Below the pieces are notes generated by a model. That model was given only the letters and a program-made list of their open reading frames with translations. It made no database searches and was not told the origin of the DNA. This document shows, piece after piece, positions 1 to 10,297 of a DNA stretch of 32,000 nucleotides. The first letter of the stretch is position 1, and each line of letters opens with the position of its first letter. The position numbers were made by a program, and so were the translations under genes. The stretch is from Desulfotalea psychrophila LSv54 (GTDB taxonomy: Bacteria; Desulfobacterota; Desulfobulbia; Desulfobulbales; Desulfocapsaceae), in NCBI RefSeq assembly GCF_000025945.1, contig NC_006138.1, positions 1,110,001-1,142,000 on the forward strand, written 5' to 3'.

Positions 1-515
1 CCCAGGCAAATGCAGGTGTGCCCATGCTGGTTTTGGTTATGCCGGCATTTGCTGTAGCGCTGATCCCTGTCATTCTCATAGAGTCCCTCTATCTGGTCAG
101 AAGACTTGCCCTCAGGCCAAAATTAGTGGCAAAAACTGTGACCATCTCCAACCTGGTCTCAACCCTGGTGGGTATTCCGCTCACCTGGGTTCTTCTAACG
201 CTGGGGCAAATGGTAACAGGAGGTGGCTCGGCTCATGGAGTTGATACGGTTCTGGGCAAGGTGCTTGCCGTTACCTGGCAGGCACCGTGGCTGATCCCCT
301 ATGAAAGAGAGCTTAACTGGATGATTCCAGCAGCGGGCATAGTACTACTTGTGCCGTTTTTCTTTGTCTCCTGGTGGTCTGAGTATTTGGTCTCCAGAAG
401 ATTTTTAGGAAAAGTACCAGCTCAACAGCTAAAATTAGAGATTCGCAATGCAAATATCATCACCTACTCCCTGTTGGCCTGTTGGCCAATAGCTGTTCTG
501 CTCTTCGCTCGTTAA
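1..515 (+). CDS. Hypothetical multi-pass membrane protein, 5' end truncated by window
   Basis: The frame stays open upstream of the listed GTG at 18 to the window edge. Product has several hydrophobic helices (IPVILIESLYLV, MIPAAGIVLLVPFFFVSWW, ITYSLLACWPIAVLLFA). Confidence 0.6.
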   Translation, partial: QANAGVPMLVLVMPAFAVALIPVILIESLYLVRRLALRPKLVAKTVTISNLVSTLVGIPLTWVLLTLGQMVTGGGSAHGVDTVLGKVLAVTWQAPWLIPYERELNWMIPAAGIVLLVPFFFVSWWSEYLVSRRFLGKVPAQQLKLEIRNANIITYSLLACWPIAVLLFAR

Positions 516-722
516 ACAGGGCTTGGTAAACAGACGCCGAATCTGTCTCAGCGCCTGAGAACTCACAGTGAGGGTGACTTTCAGTGGAAAATTATGAGGG
601 GCAGGGGAGCGGCCCTCATTTGTCGGAGATCTCACCGACGAAGAGAGTTGGCATATCATCAATTACATAAAAACACTGTAAGCCTTCAGGCAATAGCTGC
701 GTGGCAGGAGGCGGGCAGAGTG

Positions 723-754
723 AGTGGATGGCCGTTTTCACTAAAGGCCATCCA
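723..754 (-). terminator. Hairpin downstream of MCP copy 1 (weak terminator candidate)
   Basis: Perfect 10-bp inverted repeat GTGGATGGCC...GGCCATCCAC just 3' of the stop at 772. No clear T-run follows on the minus strand. Confidence 0.35.
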
Positions 755-771
755 CCCAAACACTCCTTCGA

Positions 772-2796
772 TTATACCTTAAACATGCCGACGATGGCGC
801 TCAGCTTGGCTGACATTTCATTCAATTTCGTTGCACTGAGGTTCACCTGGCCGATGCCACTTGATATTTCGCTGGTCTCCGAATTGACTTGGGTAATTTC
901 CTGGCTTATTTCACCTGCTACAGCTGAAGACTGATTTATGTTCTCGTTAACCTCGCTGATACCCTGAGAGACTTGGCTAATATTGGCGACGATTTCCGTT
1001 ATGGCCGTTGACTGTTCCTCAACGGCAGCGGCAATGATTGTAACAATGTCATTAACCCCGTCAATAACGGCAGAGGTTTCGTCAATCTCTTTAACCGCTG
1101 TGGTGGTTGTCTTTTGTACTCCCTCAATCTGGTTTTTAATATCAAGGGTCGCCTTGGCAGTCTGATTGGCAAGCTCCTTAATTTCGTTGGCTACCACGGC
1201 AAAGCCCTTGCCCGCCTCGCCAGCCCGGGCCGCCTCAATGGTTGCATTAAGGGCCAGAAGGTTGGTCTGTTCGGAGATCTCATTGATAACCTCTGTTACC
1301 TTGCTGATGGTAATAGCCGCCTCTTCAAGCTCTGACATTTTGCTGGAAGCGCTCTTGGCCTTTTGGACAGCCTTATCTGTAACATGTGTTGCCATCTCGG
1401 TGTTTTTAGCTATCTCATTAATGGTGGAGGTCATCTCCTCCGCAGCCGCTGCAACCATCCCGGTATTGGTGGTAGATTGCTCCATGGCCGCTGCCACATT
1501 GTTGAGATTGGTGGTCATCTCCTCGGTGGCTGTTGCCACGGTATTGGCTCGGACCGCTGTATTTTCAGCACCTGAGGATATCTGCACGGCAATGGCTGAG
1601 AGATCGGTGGAGGATCCGGCAACAACATTGGCGTTTTCACTAATCTCTGTGATTATTCCCTGAAGCTTTTCAATAAAGGTATTGAACCAGATGGCAAGCT
1701 CTCCTATCTCATCTCTACTTTTTACCTCAAGACGCATGGTGAGGTCGCCCTCTCCTTCGGCAATATCCTTCAGGCCGGCAACTGCAATTTTGATGGGTTT
1801 TACGATGGTGCCAGATACCAGGAAGATTACAATAGCGGCCAACAGCACAGATATGATGCCGGTGATGATGCAACTATATGTCATTTCTCTGGATTCCTGC
1901 AGTACTCTCTCCATGGGGATTTCAACGGAAAAGGACCATGGGGTATCTGAATTGCCGATATAGGAGGGGACAAAGACCCTGTAAACATCTGTTTTCAGGG
2001 TTTCAGAGTAGGAAATCATGGTGAAAATTTCACCGTTCTCTATGGCCTGCTTGGCCTTTCTCAGGAGTTTTGTGGCTCCGATATCCTTGCCGACTCTCTC
2101 CTTATCCGGATGAGCGACATACTTGCCCGCATTGGAGATTAGACTTGCTACGCCGGTTCCATATGGCCTTATTTTTGTTACCATCTCCGTCAGCCCTTCC
2201 AGGACAATATCGATGCCAACAACACCGATGCATCGGCCCTTATAGACTATGGGTACTGTGGCGGTGGTCATCAGAGAGTGAAGATCCGGATCCTCATAGG
2301 GTTCAATGAGCACTTCTTTCCCGAGTCTTTTTGGCAGGGTGTAGAATTCGTTTGATAAAGATGCCTCATAGGCTACTGATTCTATGGTAGGGGCAGCAAC
2401 GATGCTGCTTCCTTCCCGGTGAAACCATGGAGAGTAGTGCTTTGTGAAAATTGTTTTTGGATCTACCATCACCCAGATGCCTGAGAACTTGGGGCTTTTC
2501 TCTAAAATACGCCTTAGGGAATTATCAAGCAACTCCCTCTCCGGCTGTTTTTTGCCCATTAAGATAGCCTCATAGCTATGGGCCAGTATTCGTGCCGCAT
2601 CCATTGCCTCTTCAATATCTTCCTTGAGCTCTCCGCTGTAGCGAAAGGCAATCTGCTCGGTTTTATCAAAGGCCTCTTTTTTGACAATCGAATTTGCCTT
2701 GTTGCTTACCAGGCCAATGGTGAGAGTAAAGGCAATTACCACCACCGATAGGATTGAGAGCAACATCTTGGATCGTAAATTCAGTTTTGAGAACAT
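772..2796 (-). CDS. Methyl-accepting chemotaxis protein (copy 1), Cache-like sensor, HAMP and MCP signalling domain
   Basis: 674-aa ORF with N-terminal TM segment, second TM ([23 protein letters not shown]) followed by a HAMP-like region, and the MCP signalling hairpin motif [37 protein letters not shown]. Confidence 0.97.
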   Translation of the reverse strand: MFSKLNLRSKMLLSILSVVVIAFTLTIGLVSNKANSIVKKEAFDKTEQIAFRYSGELKEDIEEAMDAARILAHSYEAILMGKKQPERELLDNSLRRILEKSPKFSGIWVMVDPKTIFTKHYSPWFHREGSSIVAAPTIESVAYEASLSNEFYTLPKRLGKEVLIEPYEDPDLHSLMTTATVPIVYKGRCIGVVGIDIVLEGLTEMVTKIRPYGTGVASLISNAGKYVAHPDKERVGKDIGATKLLRKAKQAIENGEIFTMISYSETLKTDVYRVFVPSYIGNSDTPWSFSVEIPMERVLQESREMTYSCIITGIISVLLAAIVIFLVSGTIVKPIKIAVAGLKDIAEGEGDLTMRLEVKSRDEIGELAIWFNTFIEKLQGIITEISENANVVAGSSTDLSAIAVQISSGAENTAVRANTVATATEEMTTNLNNVAAAMEQSTTNTGMVAAAAEEMTSTINEIAKNTEMATHVTDKAVQKAKSASSKMSELEEAAITISKVTEVINEISEQTNLLALNATIEAARAGEAGKGFAVVANEIKELANQTAKATLDIKNQIEGVQKTTTTAVKEIDETSAVIDGVNDIVTIIAAAVEEQSTAITEIVANISQVSQGISEVNENINQSSAVAGEISQEITQVNSETSEISSGIGQVNLSATKLNEMSAKLSAIVGMFKV

Positions 2797-3110
2797 ACAG
2801 CATACTCCTTTTGGATGAGAACGAGACCTCTCTTCGGCTTCCTGTTACTTTTGGGGCAGAAAAAGGGGGGACTAAACTCGGTAAAACCTACACATGTCAT
2901 GCTTTGATAGAGAGCTATGGGGTTCTGAGCTTCTCGGTATCTTTTCATGAAAGTCTTAGCCTACCCATTTTATATGGACATTGGAAGAGGTAACTTATTG
3001 TAATTGCAGAACAAGCCTAACAGGTGTGTTTTTAGGAGGCGATCGAGCTGAGGCTAAGGCGTAGAGAATGGGTATTTTTTCTTTTTGAGAACAAAGGCTG
3101 GTGTAGCTGC
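2797..3110 (-). repeat. Duplicated 5' leader, copy 1 (approximate ends)
   Basis: Shares gagacctctcttcggct, ggggcagaaaaaggggg, agctatggggttctgagct, gaggtaacttattg and gctgaggctaaggc with the region upstream of MCP copy 2, in the same order and nearly the same spacing. Confidence 0.8.
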
Positions 3111-3291
3111 GATTATTCGTAATATATTTCGTTCTTTGTGTGCTAATGGAGATGGTATAGTGGTCAATGGCTACGCTTTTGCCTGAAAAGTTAGCTTGTG
3201 CTAATAGGCTATGGGGGCACGATGGCCTGTCCGTGACCAGGAAAAATGGGGGGCGCACGGTATCAGGTCGCAGCGATCCCCCCACTTTCAT

Positions 3292-5316
3292 CTATACCTT
3301 AAACATACCGACGATGGTACTGAGCTTGGCAGACATCTCATTGAGTTTTTGGGCACTGAGGTTCACCTGGCCGATGCCATTTGATATTTCCCCGGTTTCC
3401 GAATTGACCTGGCTAATTTCCCTGGTTATTTCGCCTGCCACATTTGAACACTGATTTATGTTCTCATTAACCTCTTCAATACCCTGAGAGGCCTGGCTGA
3501 TATTGGTGACGATTTCATTTATGGCTGTTGACTGTTCCTCGACGGCCGCGGCAATAATTGTCACAATGTCATTAACCCCGTCAATAACGGTTGAGGTCTC
3601 GTCAATCTCTTTAACCGCTGTGGTGGTTGTTTGTTGCACCCCCTCAATTTGGGTTTTTATGTCAAGAGTCGCCTGGGCCGTTTGCTGGGCAAGCGCCTTG
3701 ATCTCGTTGGCCACCACGGCGAAGCCCTTGCCTGCCTCTCCTGCCCGGGCTGCCTCAATGGTTGCGTTGAGGGCAAGAAGGTTGGTCTGCTCGGAGATCT
3801 CATTGATCACCTCTGTTACCTTGGTAATGGTAATGGCTGCCTCCTCAAGCTCTGACATTTTACTGGAAGCGCTCCTGGCCTTCTGGACGGCCTCATCGGT
3901 AATCCGGGTTGCCATTTCGGTATTTTTCGCTATCTCATCAATGGTGGCGTTCATCTCCTCTGCCGCTGCAGCAACCATCCCGGTATTGGTGGTAGACTGC
4001 TCCATGGCGGCGGCCACACTGCTGAGATTGGCGGTCATCTCCTCTGTGGCTGTTGCCACGGAATTGGTCCGGCTTGCTGTATTTTCAGCACCCAAAGATA
4101 TCTGCACAGCAACGGATGACAGATCGGTGGAGGATCCGGCAACAACATTAGCATCTTCGCCAATCTGTTTGATTATTCCCTGGAGTTTTTCAACAAAGGT
4201 ATTGAACCAGTGGGCAAGCTCTCCTATCTCATCCCTGTTTTTCACCTCAAGACGCATGGTAAGGTCGCCCTCTCCTTCTGCAATATCCTTCAGGCTGGCA
4301 ACGGCAATTTTAATGGGTTTGACAATGGAACCAGAGACAAAGAAGATGGTTAAAGCAGTCAACAGCACCGATATGATGCCGGTAATGATGCAGGTATAGG
4401 TGATATTTCTGGATTCCTCCAGAACCTTTTCCATGGGGATTTCAACGGAAAAGGACCAGGGGCTATCTGAATTTCCGATATAGGAGGGGACAAAGATCCT
4501 GTAGGTATCTGTCTTTAGTTTTTCAGAATAGGAGGACATTGTAAAAATTTTACCGTCCCTTATGGCCTGCTTGGCCTTTTTGAGGAGTTCTGTATTTCCG
4601 ATGTCCTTGCCGACTCTCTCCTTATCCGGATAGGCAACATATTTTCCTGCATTGGAGATCAGACTCGCCACCCCCGTTTCATATGGTCTGATTTTTCTTA
4701 CCATTTCTGTCAGCTCGTCCAGGACAATATCGATGCCGACAACACCGATGCATCTACCATTATGGATTATGGGGACTGCGGCGCTGGTCATCAGGGTGTG
4801 AATATCCGGATCCTCATAGGGCTCAATGAGCACCTCTCTCTTGAGCCTTTTTGGCAGGGCGTAGTATTCCTCGGCTGCAGCTGCTTCATAGTCCTTTAAG
4901 TCCGTGGTAGGGTCAGCAACGATGTTACCCTCTTTTCTGTGGAACCAGGGATAATAGAACGTCTCAAAAATCGTGTTGGGTTCTACTGCTACCCAGATGC
5001 CTGTGAAGTTGTTGTTTTTTTTCAGGATATGTCTTAAGGAGCTATCAAGCAGTTCCTTTTCCGGCCGTGTTTTGCTTATCAGGATGGCCTCATAGCTATG
5101 GGCCAGGATGCGTGCCGCATCCATCGCCTCTTCAATGTCCTCCCTGATCTCTCCGCTGTAACGGAAGGCAATCTGCTCGGTTTTTGCAAAGGCCTCCTTT
5201 TTTACAATTGAATTTGCCTTATTGCTTACCAGGGTAATGGTTACGACAAAGGCAATGACAACCACCGATAGGATTGCCAGCAACATTTTGGATCGTAAAT
5301 TCAGATTTGCGAACAT
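3292..5316 (-). CDS. Methyl-accepting chemotaxis protein (copy 2), tandem paralog of copy 1
   Basis: 674-aa ORF collinear with copy 1 over its full length. Same TM/HAMP layout and signalling motif [39 protein letters not shown]. Confidence 0.97.
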   Translation of the reverse strand: MFANLNLRSKMLLAILSVVVIAFVVTITLVSNKANSIVKKEAFAKTEQIAFRYSGEIREDIEEAMDAARILAHSYEAILISKTRPEKELLDSSLRHILKKNNNFTGIWVAVEPNTIFETFYYPWFHRKEGNIVADPTTDLKDYEAAAAEEYYALPKRLKREVLIEPYEDPDIHTLMTSAAVPIIHNGRCIGVVGIDIVLDELTEMVRKIRPYETGVASLISNAGKYVAYPDKERVGKDIGNTELLKKAKQAIRDGKIFTMSSYSEKLKTDTYRIFVPSYIGNSDSPWSFSVEIPMEKVLEESRNITYTCIITGIISVLLTALTIFFVSGSIVKPIKIAVASLKDIAEGEGDLTMRLEVKNRDEIGELAHWFNTFVEKLQGIIKQIGEDANVVAGSSTDLSSVAVQISLGAENTASRTNSVATATEEMTANLSSVAAAMEQSTTNTGMVAAAAEEMNATIDEIAKNTEMATRITDEAVQKARSASSKMSELEEAAITITKVTEVINEISEQTNLLALNATIEAARAGEAGKGFAVVANEIKALAQQTAQATLDIKTQIEGVQQTTTTAVKEIDETSTVIDGVNDIVTIIAAAVEEQSTAINEIVTNISQASQGIEEVNENINQCSNVAGEITREISQVNSETGEISNGIGQVNLSAQKLNEMSAKLSTIVGMFKV

Positions 5317-5640
5317 ACAGTGTACTCCTTTTAGATGAAAATGAGACCTCTCTTCGGCTCCCTGTTACTTTGGGGCAGAAAAAGGGGGGATTAAACTCGG
5401 TAAGACCTACGCATATCACACTTCGATAAAGAGCTATGGGGTTCTGAGCTGCTCAGGCCTCCTGATGAAGAACTTAGCCTACTCATTTCGTCAGGATATG
5501 AAAAGAGGTAACTTATTGAAATAAAAGAGTTAAATTGACAGGGTGGCCAGGCGGAGGGTGGTGGGCTGAGGCTAAGGCCTTGGGGATGCGTTTTTTTTTG
5601 CCTGGAGAATAAAGGTAAAGGAAAATGTCTTTTGACCGAA
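5317..5640 (-). repeat. Duplicated 5' leader, copy 2 (approximate ends)
   Basis: Same ordered sequence blocks as the leader of MCP copy 1. The gctgaggctaaggc block lies about 250 nt upstream of the start codon in both copies. Confidence 0.8.
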
Positions 5641-5888
5641 ATATATTAATTTTTTTCATTTTAGATGAGCTTTTATAAGGCAGATTAATTTTTTTTCAGC
5701 AAAGATCAAGCTACTCTAAGAACTTGCAGGTGGGTGATCGACGATCCATGCACCGAGGAGACATTGTCTAGGCAGAGAGACCCATGGCCAGTCGTTTGCC
5801 TTTAATGCGTTGGTCCATGATCTCTGCTGCCCTCATATAATCTGCCCCGAGCAAAGAGGAGATGCTCAAGCCATCTCTTCCGTTTCCA

Positions 5889-5959
5889 CACCTTAAACAT
5901 GCAATGATGGCAGGCAGCTGGGGGCTGATATCTCATTTGCTCTCCTGGCCCTGAGGTTC
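5889..5959 (-). pseudogene. Degenerate remnant of a third MCP copy (extreme 3' end only)
   Basis: caccttaaacatgcaatgatggcaggcagctgggggctgatatctcatttgctctcctggccctgaggttc aligns by eye with indels to taccttaaacatgccgacgatggcgctcagcttggctgacatttcattcaatttcgttgcactgaggttc at the end of copy 1. Spacing also fits a tandem array. Confidence 0.55.
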
Positions 5960-6307
5960 GGTCTCGAATATTCCCTTCCAGATGAGAACCTGCTATCCCG
6001 TCAAGGCAAGTCGCCAGGGTATAACTCTCTACTGTTATTGGTGTTTTTTAATTATCCGGCAAGATTAATAGGATTAACCTATTTGACAGATCGGCCAGAA
6101 AATGATTTTGTCCAGTGTAGAGGATGGCCCTCGTGTCTTCTCCTCTCAATAATAAGATGAGTAAGAACAGACCACTGTCTTTTTTTAATTCAGATATTGT
6201 GGTTGCTACTCCTGCTGGGATGCAGGCCTTTGCGGAAAGCAGAAGAGCCGTATAGGGACGAGGTATATTACACGCCTGTGCACTGTCCCAAGGGGCAGAA
6301 TGGCAAA

Positions 6308-6670
6308 ATGATCATTGATAAAAACAAGGAAAAAATTATGCTTACAGTGACACCCTTCGCAATAGAAAATCTTAAGAAGTATATGACAGACAATAAAATA
6401 GAATCCGCCCTACGCATTGCCCTGATGAATGGCGGTTGCTCCGGTAATGTACTCGGTCTTGCCCTTGATAAAGAGGGAGAAAAAGACCAGATCCTTACGG
6501 AAGGGGGCATTACCTTTCTGGTGGAGGAGGGGCTTGCTCAGCAGTGCGGTGCTATCACCCTTGACTACCTTGATCAGGGCGCTCGCTCGGGTTTTGCCAT
6601 CTCTTCAGAAAACCCTGTGGCGGGGGGCGGTGGATGTTCCTCTGGATCCTGCGGTTCCTGTGGACAATAG
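6308..6670 (+). CDS. HesB/IscA-like (Fe-S cluster biogenesis type) domain protein
   Basis: From ATG 6308: MIIDKNKEKIMLTVTPFAIENLKKYMTDNKIESALRIALMNGGCSGNVLGLALDKE...GFAISSENPVAGGGGCSSGSCGSCGQ. It has the MNGGCSG core and C-terminal CSSGSCGSC. The listed 6197 start is probably too long. Confidence 0.8.
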   Translation: MIIDKNKEKIMLTVTPFAIENLKKYMTDNKIESALRIALMNGGCSGNVLGLALDKEGEKDQILTEGGITFLVEEGLAQQCGAITLDYLDQGARSGFAISSENPVAGGGGCSSGSCGSCGQ

Positions 6671-6733
6671 GGGGGGGGACACTAGGGACAGAACAGGGTT
6701 TGCATCCTGCTAAGGGGTGGCCTTGTTGCCAGC

Positions 6734-6774
6734 AAAAAAAGGGACAGTGCCGGAGAGGTGCTGTCCCTTTTTTA
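6734..6774. terminator. Bidirectional rho-independent terminator
   Basis: AAAAAAAGGGACAGTGCC-ggaga-GGTGCTGTCCCTTTTTT: 11-bp stem (two G-T wobbles) with an A-run on the left and T-run on the right, between convergent CDSs. Confidence 0.9.
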
Positions 6775-7509
6775 TTAGAGAATTTGTTTGAGGAAGAGTT
6801 TGGTGCGCTCGTTTTGCGGATTGGTGAAAAAATGTTCGGGCTTACCCTCTTCCTGGATTTGGCCATCATCCATGAAGACTACCCGGTCCGCAACCTCACG
6901 GGCAAAGCCCATTTCATGGGTGACCACCACCATGGTCATGCCCTCCTTAGCAAGATCTTGCATAACATCAAGTACCTCGCCTACCATTTCAGGATCAAGG
7001 GCTGAAGTTGGTTCGTCAAAGAGAAGTACCTTGGGTGACATGGCAAGGGATCTGGCAATGGCAACACGCTGCTGTTGACCGCCGGAGAGCTGGTCAGGAT
7101 AGGCAGCGGCTTTCTGGGATAGGCCAACTTTTTCCAACAGTTCCATGGAGATTTTGTCCGCCTCCGCCTTGCGGGTCTTGCGTACAGATATCTGGGCCAT
7201 GGTGATATTTTCCAGCACCGTGATATGGGGAAAGAGGTTGAAGGATTGGAAAACCATTCCTACCTCGGCCCGGACGGCATTAATAGCACATTTTGGATCA
7301 AGTATATTCACTCCATCGATAACAATGCTTCCCGCATCTGCATATTCCAATCGGTTAAGACAACGGAGAAAGGTTGACTTGCCGGAGCCGGAGGGGCCAA
7401 TAACAACAACAACTTCAGCCGGTTTTACAGTTAGCGAAACATCTTTTAGCGCGTGCAATGTGCCGCTTGGGGTTTCAAAGTATTTATGGATGTTTTTGGC
7501 AGTGATCAT
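6775..7509 (-). CDS. glnQ: Polar amino-acid ABC transporter ATP-binding protein (GlnQ-like)
   Basis: From ATG at 7509 ([16 protein letters not shown]): Walker [13 protein letters not shown], signature [15 protein letters not shown], Walker [16 protein letters not shown]-loop VTHEMGFA. Start overlaps the permease stop as ATGA. Confidence 0.93.
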   Translation of the reverse strand: MITAKNIHKYFETPSGTLHALKDVSLTVKPAEVVVVIGPSGSGKSTFLRCLNRLEYADAGSIVIDGVNILDPKCAINAVRAEVGMVFQSFNLFPHITVLENITMAQISVRKTRKAEADKISMELLEKVGLSQKAAAYPDQLSGGQQQRVAIARSLAMSPKVLLFDEPTSALDPEMVGEVLDVMQDLAKEGMTMVVVTHEMGFAREVADRVVFMDDGQIQEEGKPEHFFTNPQNERTKLFLKQIL

Positions 7510-8516
7510 CGCAGGCTTTTCCTTTCTAGATGTTGAACGCAAAGAGACAGGGCAAAGGTTAGAACAAGATAGAGAAGGGCGCAGGTTATCCACATCTCAT
7601 AGGGCATAAGAGAGCTACTGACAATTTCTCTTGTGGCCTTAGTAACCTCTCGAATGGCAATTACACCGAGTAGCGATGAATCTTTAATAAGGCTAATAAA
7701 CTGTCCGGCAAGTGGTGGCATAATACGTCGAAGTGCCTGGGGCAGGATGACCTTGCGCATAGATTCCGCATAGGTCAGCCCCAGAGAGCGAGCCGCCTCC
7801 ATCTGGCCGCGATGCACAGACTGAATACCGGCCCGAACGATCTCGGCGGTATAGGCACCGGTAAAGGTGGCCAGGGCAATGACCCCGAACCAAAGGGGAG
7901 GAACGCCACCAATGCCTATTTGCGTGAGGAAGGCATTAATCAGGTTGCCCACCACAAAATACCATAGAAATATCTGTACCATCAGCGGGGTGCCACGGAT
8001 GAGCTCGATATAGATAATGGAGAACCACTTGAGGAGCGGATTTTCAGAAACGCGGGACAGTCCGGTTAAGATACCAAGGGTAATACCTATAATTATGGCA
8101 AAGAAAGACACCTTGAGAGTAATCCATAAACTGATCAAGAGCATTCCAGGCTGGCTGACCTTATAGCTTGCCACCAGGTCTCCCTCGTAGGCATAATCAC
8201 CCTCTGTGAGGAGAATCTCAGCATCGGCAGGTGCTTGCAAGGTTTCGGTATAGGCACCATCCATAATGCTAATGGAATATCCCTCTGGCCCTTTGATTAT
8301 TTTTTCAATATCACCGGCAACCTCCGCACGGACCTCTATGGTTTTATCTAACCAAAAATACTGGGGAACCTGTTTCCAGTTCCAGTTATATTCAACGTAG
8401 GAGGATGCTACATAGGTAAAACCTATGACGACAAGCATGCAGACAACAATGGCGGAGCGCCAAAACATGAAATAGCCGCGACTTTTGGGGGCATCTAGGC
8501 CAGAGTAGCGAGACAT
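7506..8516 (-). CDS. Polar amino-acid ABC transporter permease (HisM/GlnP family) with an extra domain after TM1
   Basis: Permease region [37 protein letters not shown]...[50 protein letters not shown] with the EAA motif. Operonic with the ATPase and binding protein. Confidence 0.93.
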   Translation of the reverse strand: MSRYSGLDAPKSRGYFMFWRSAIVVCMLVVIGFTYVASSYVEYNWNWKQVPQYFWLDKTIEVRAEVAGDIEKIIKGPEGYSISIMDGAYTETLQAPADAEILLTEGDYAYEGDLVASYKVSQPGMLLISLWITLKVSFFAIIIGITLGILTGLSRVSENPLLKWFSIIYIELIRGTPLMVQIFLWYFVVGNLINAFLTQIGIGGVPPLWFGVIALATFTGAYTAEIVRAGIQSVHRGQMEAARSLGLTYAESMRKVILPQALRRIMPPLAGQFISLIKDSSLLGVIAIREVTKATREIVSSSLMPYEMWITCALLYLVLTFALSLCVQHLERKSLR

Positions 8517-8620
8517 AAAAAGCTCTTCAGGTAAAATAACGTAAAATGGGAGAGTGAGGTTGATGCCTCACTCCCCCTTCTGGTACTCAATGGGCGACAA
8601 AAGTCACATACTACATGATA

Positions 8621-9442
8621 TTAACCGTCAATGAGAGATTCCCATTTGTTGCTCAGGAGCCATTTGGAGTAAATACGCTCATAGCGACCATCGTTCTTAA
8701 ATTGAAAGAGGAAATTGTTAATAAAGTTAGTTAAATCAGGGTCACCCTGCTTAAAACCAATGGCCATGGGCTCAAAGGTGAAGGGCTCTTTGAGGAGAAA
8801 AGTTTTATCACCACCCATGCGTTTTTGTAATACCTCAAGTACATGAAGGTCATAAACAAAGGCATCCGCACGACCACTGATAACTTCCTGGGCGCTATCG
8901 CTTGGCTGATCAAAAGATTTATACTGAGCCTTAGGGAGATATTTTCTTGCTGCCTCTTCACCGGTGGTACCGATGCAGGAAACAATCTTCATCTCAGGCT
9001 TGTTGAGATTACGATAGAGACGTATATCTTTTTCCTTGGACATATTGACCATGATTCCCTGGCCCATGAGTACATAGGGGTTAGAAAAGGCGATTTTAAG
9101 ATTACGCTGTTGGGTAAGGGTCATACCGGAGATGATGAGGTCAAACTTGTCCGAGAGAAGCGCGGGAATGAGACCATCAAAGTCCATATTAACAAACTTG
9201 ACCTTTACGCCCATGGATTTTGCAATTTCTTTACCAAGCTCAACATCAAAGCCGATAAGACGACCCTGTTTATTTGTCATCTCAAACGGAGGATAGGAGG
9301 CATTGAGACCAATGCGGAGCTCTCCATTTTTTACAATCGTGTTTAAACTGGAAGATTTACTCAAATTAATGTCTGCTGCAAAGGCACAGGTAGACATAAC
9401 CATGGTGAGCACCATGGCAATACATAACTTACCAAACTTCAT
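8621..9442 (-). CDS. Periplasmic amino-acid-binding protein (SBP family 3)
   Basis: From internal Met at 9442: signal peptide MKFGKLCIAMVLTMVMSTCAFAA, then LRIGLNASYPPFEMTNKQGRLIGFDVELGKEIAKSMGV...DFDGLIPALLSDKFDLIISGMTLTQQR. Confidence 0.93.
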   Translation of the reverse strand: MKFGKLCIAMVLTMVMSTCAFAADINLSKSSSLNTIVKNGELRIGLNASYPPFEMTNKQGRLIGFDVELGKEIAKSMGVKVKFVNMDFDGLIPALLSDKFDLIISGMTLTQQRNLKIAFSNPYVLMGQGIMVNMSKEKDIRLYRNLNKPEMKIVSCIGTTGEEAARKYLPKAQYKSFDQPSDSAQEVISGRADAFVYDLHVLEVLQKRMGGDKTFLLKEPFTFEPMAIGFKQGDPDLTNFINNFLFQFKNDGRYERIYSKWLLSNKWESLIDG

Positions 9443-9565
9443 CGCTTCTCTCCTCGGGGAAATAATTAGAAACAAAACAACTGGTTTGTTAGTTTAAATC
9501 GAATAACGACCAGTTAGAAATGCTCATAAAAATATTGGGTGATTTAGTAATAGTTGCTTGTAAAA

Positions 9566-9736
9566 TCAGTACTTTCCTTCGGTCAAAATCTCTTTAATGA
9601 CCATGGGGCGCCTGCACTTATCACACATTGGGATCTCTTCTTCCGGTACTGCTATAATTTTAGTTATGCGACAAATGGGACAAACAACCTCGATAAACTC
9701 ACGTTTATACCGTGCTTTAAAGAATTTTCCAGACAT
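9566..9736 (-). CDS. 56-aa four-cysteine (putative zinc-ribbon) protein, not in ORF track
   Basis: Translation: MSGKFFKARYKREFIEVVCPICRITKIIAVPEEEIPMCDKCRRPMVIKEILTEGKY. CPIC...CDKC spacing, and a strong RBS (AGGAGG, then 6 nt, then ATG). Confidence 0.75.
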   Translation of the reverse strand: MSGKFFKARYKREFIEVVCPICRITKIIAVPEEEIPMCDKCRRPMVIKEILTEGKY

Positions 9737-10017
9737 ATAGATCCTCCTGCAATTCTATGCTCTAAGGCAAAATTGTGTAATATACAAAAAAGTAATATCA
9801 ATGGCAAGAACAAGACCTTCTTGAAAGATATATTATATCGCCATAAAAGATAAGATTTTTCCAAGAGAGCATCGGCCTTTTCCTTAAAAGGCATATTTGA
9901 TCTAATACCGAGCTAAAAAAATTTGTTATCCTAAAGATATTTCGTATCCTTGTAAGGAGTACTCTCAAATGGAGTACCTGTCTTATCAAACTTTTTCCCA
10001 TACTATAGGAGGATATC

Positions 10018-10221
10018 ATGCTCGCAACGGATAACATTGCCTCAGCATTCCAGGCAATTTGTGAAGAGGTAGAAAAACTCAAAAAGAAAGAACACTCTAA
10101 AAAGGTGCTCAAGCGTCTCAAGACAATAATATTGATAGCAAAGCACCAGAGTGATATCCGTGGTCTAGCAAAGGAAAGTTGCTGCCATACTGAAAAAAAG
10201 CATAGCTGTAAGAAAGAGTAG
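10018..10221 (+). CDS. Small hypothetical protein (67 aa), Lys/Glu-rich with late cysteines
   Basis: RBS taggaggatatcATG. Product MLATDNIASAFQAICEEVEKLKKKEHSKKVLKRLKTIILIAKHQSDIRGLAKESCCHTEKKHSCKKE. Confidence 0.6.
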   Translation: MLATDNIASAFQAICEEVEKLKKKEHSKKVLKRLKTIILIAKHQSDIRGLAKESCCHTEKKHSCKKE

Positions 10222-10222
10222 G

Positions 10223-10260
10223 TAAAAAAGTAGAGAGGGTGGCTAGCCATCCTCTCTATG
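10223..10260 (-). terminator. Rho-independent terminator for the leftward 92-aa ORF
   Basis: TAGAGAGGGTGGCTAGCCATCCTCTCTA, about 12-bp stem. On the minus strand it is followed by CTTTTTTACC. Confidence 0.75.
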
Positions 10261-10297
10261 AGAGCGGGTAGGACGGTTTTGCTTAACCTCGTCAGAT

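Noticed and set aside
2797-3110. c-di-GMP-I (GEMM) riboswitch in the MCP leaders
   Set aside because: GEMM elements often precede MCP genes, so I looked, but could not find the conserved GGCAAACC / GGACGCAAAGCC core in either leader. A covariance-model search would settle it.
3503-4399. 298-aa plus-strand ORF opposite MCP copy 2 (and the shorter 1166-1663 ORF opposite copy 1)
   Set aside because: Fully antisense to well-supported MCP coding sequence, with Ala/Ser/Val-rich low-complexity composition typical of shadow ORFs. Its duplication simply follows the MCP duplication.
6197-6307. N-terminal extension of the HesB-like ORF (MWLLLLLGCRPLRKAEEPYRDEVYYTPVHCPKGQNGK)
   Set aside because: Not part of the family core. 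The start at 6308 or 6341 is more consistent with HesB/IscA N-termini, so the apparent lipoprotein-like signal is probably an artefact of open frame.
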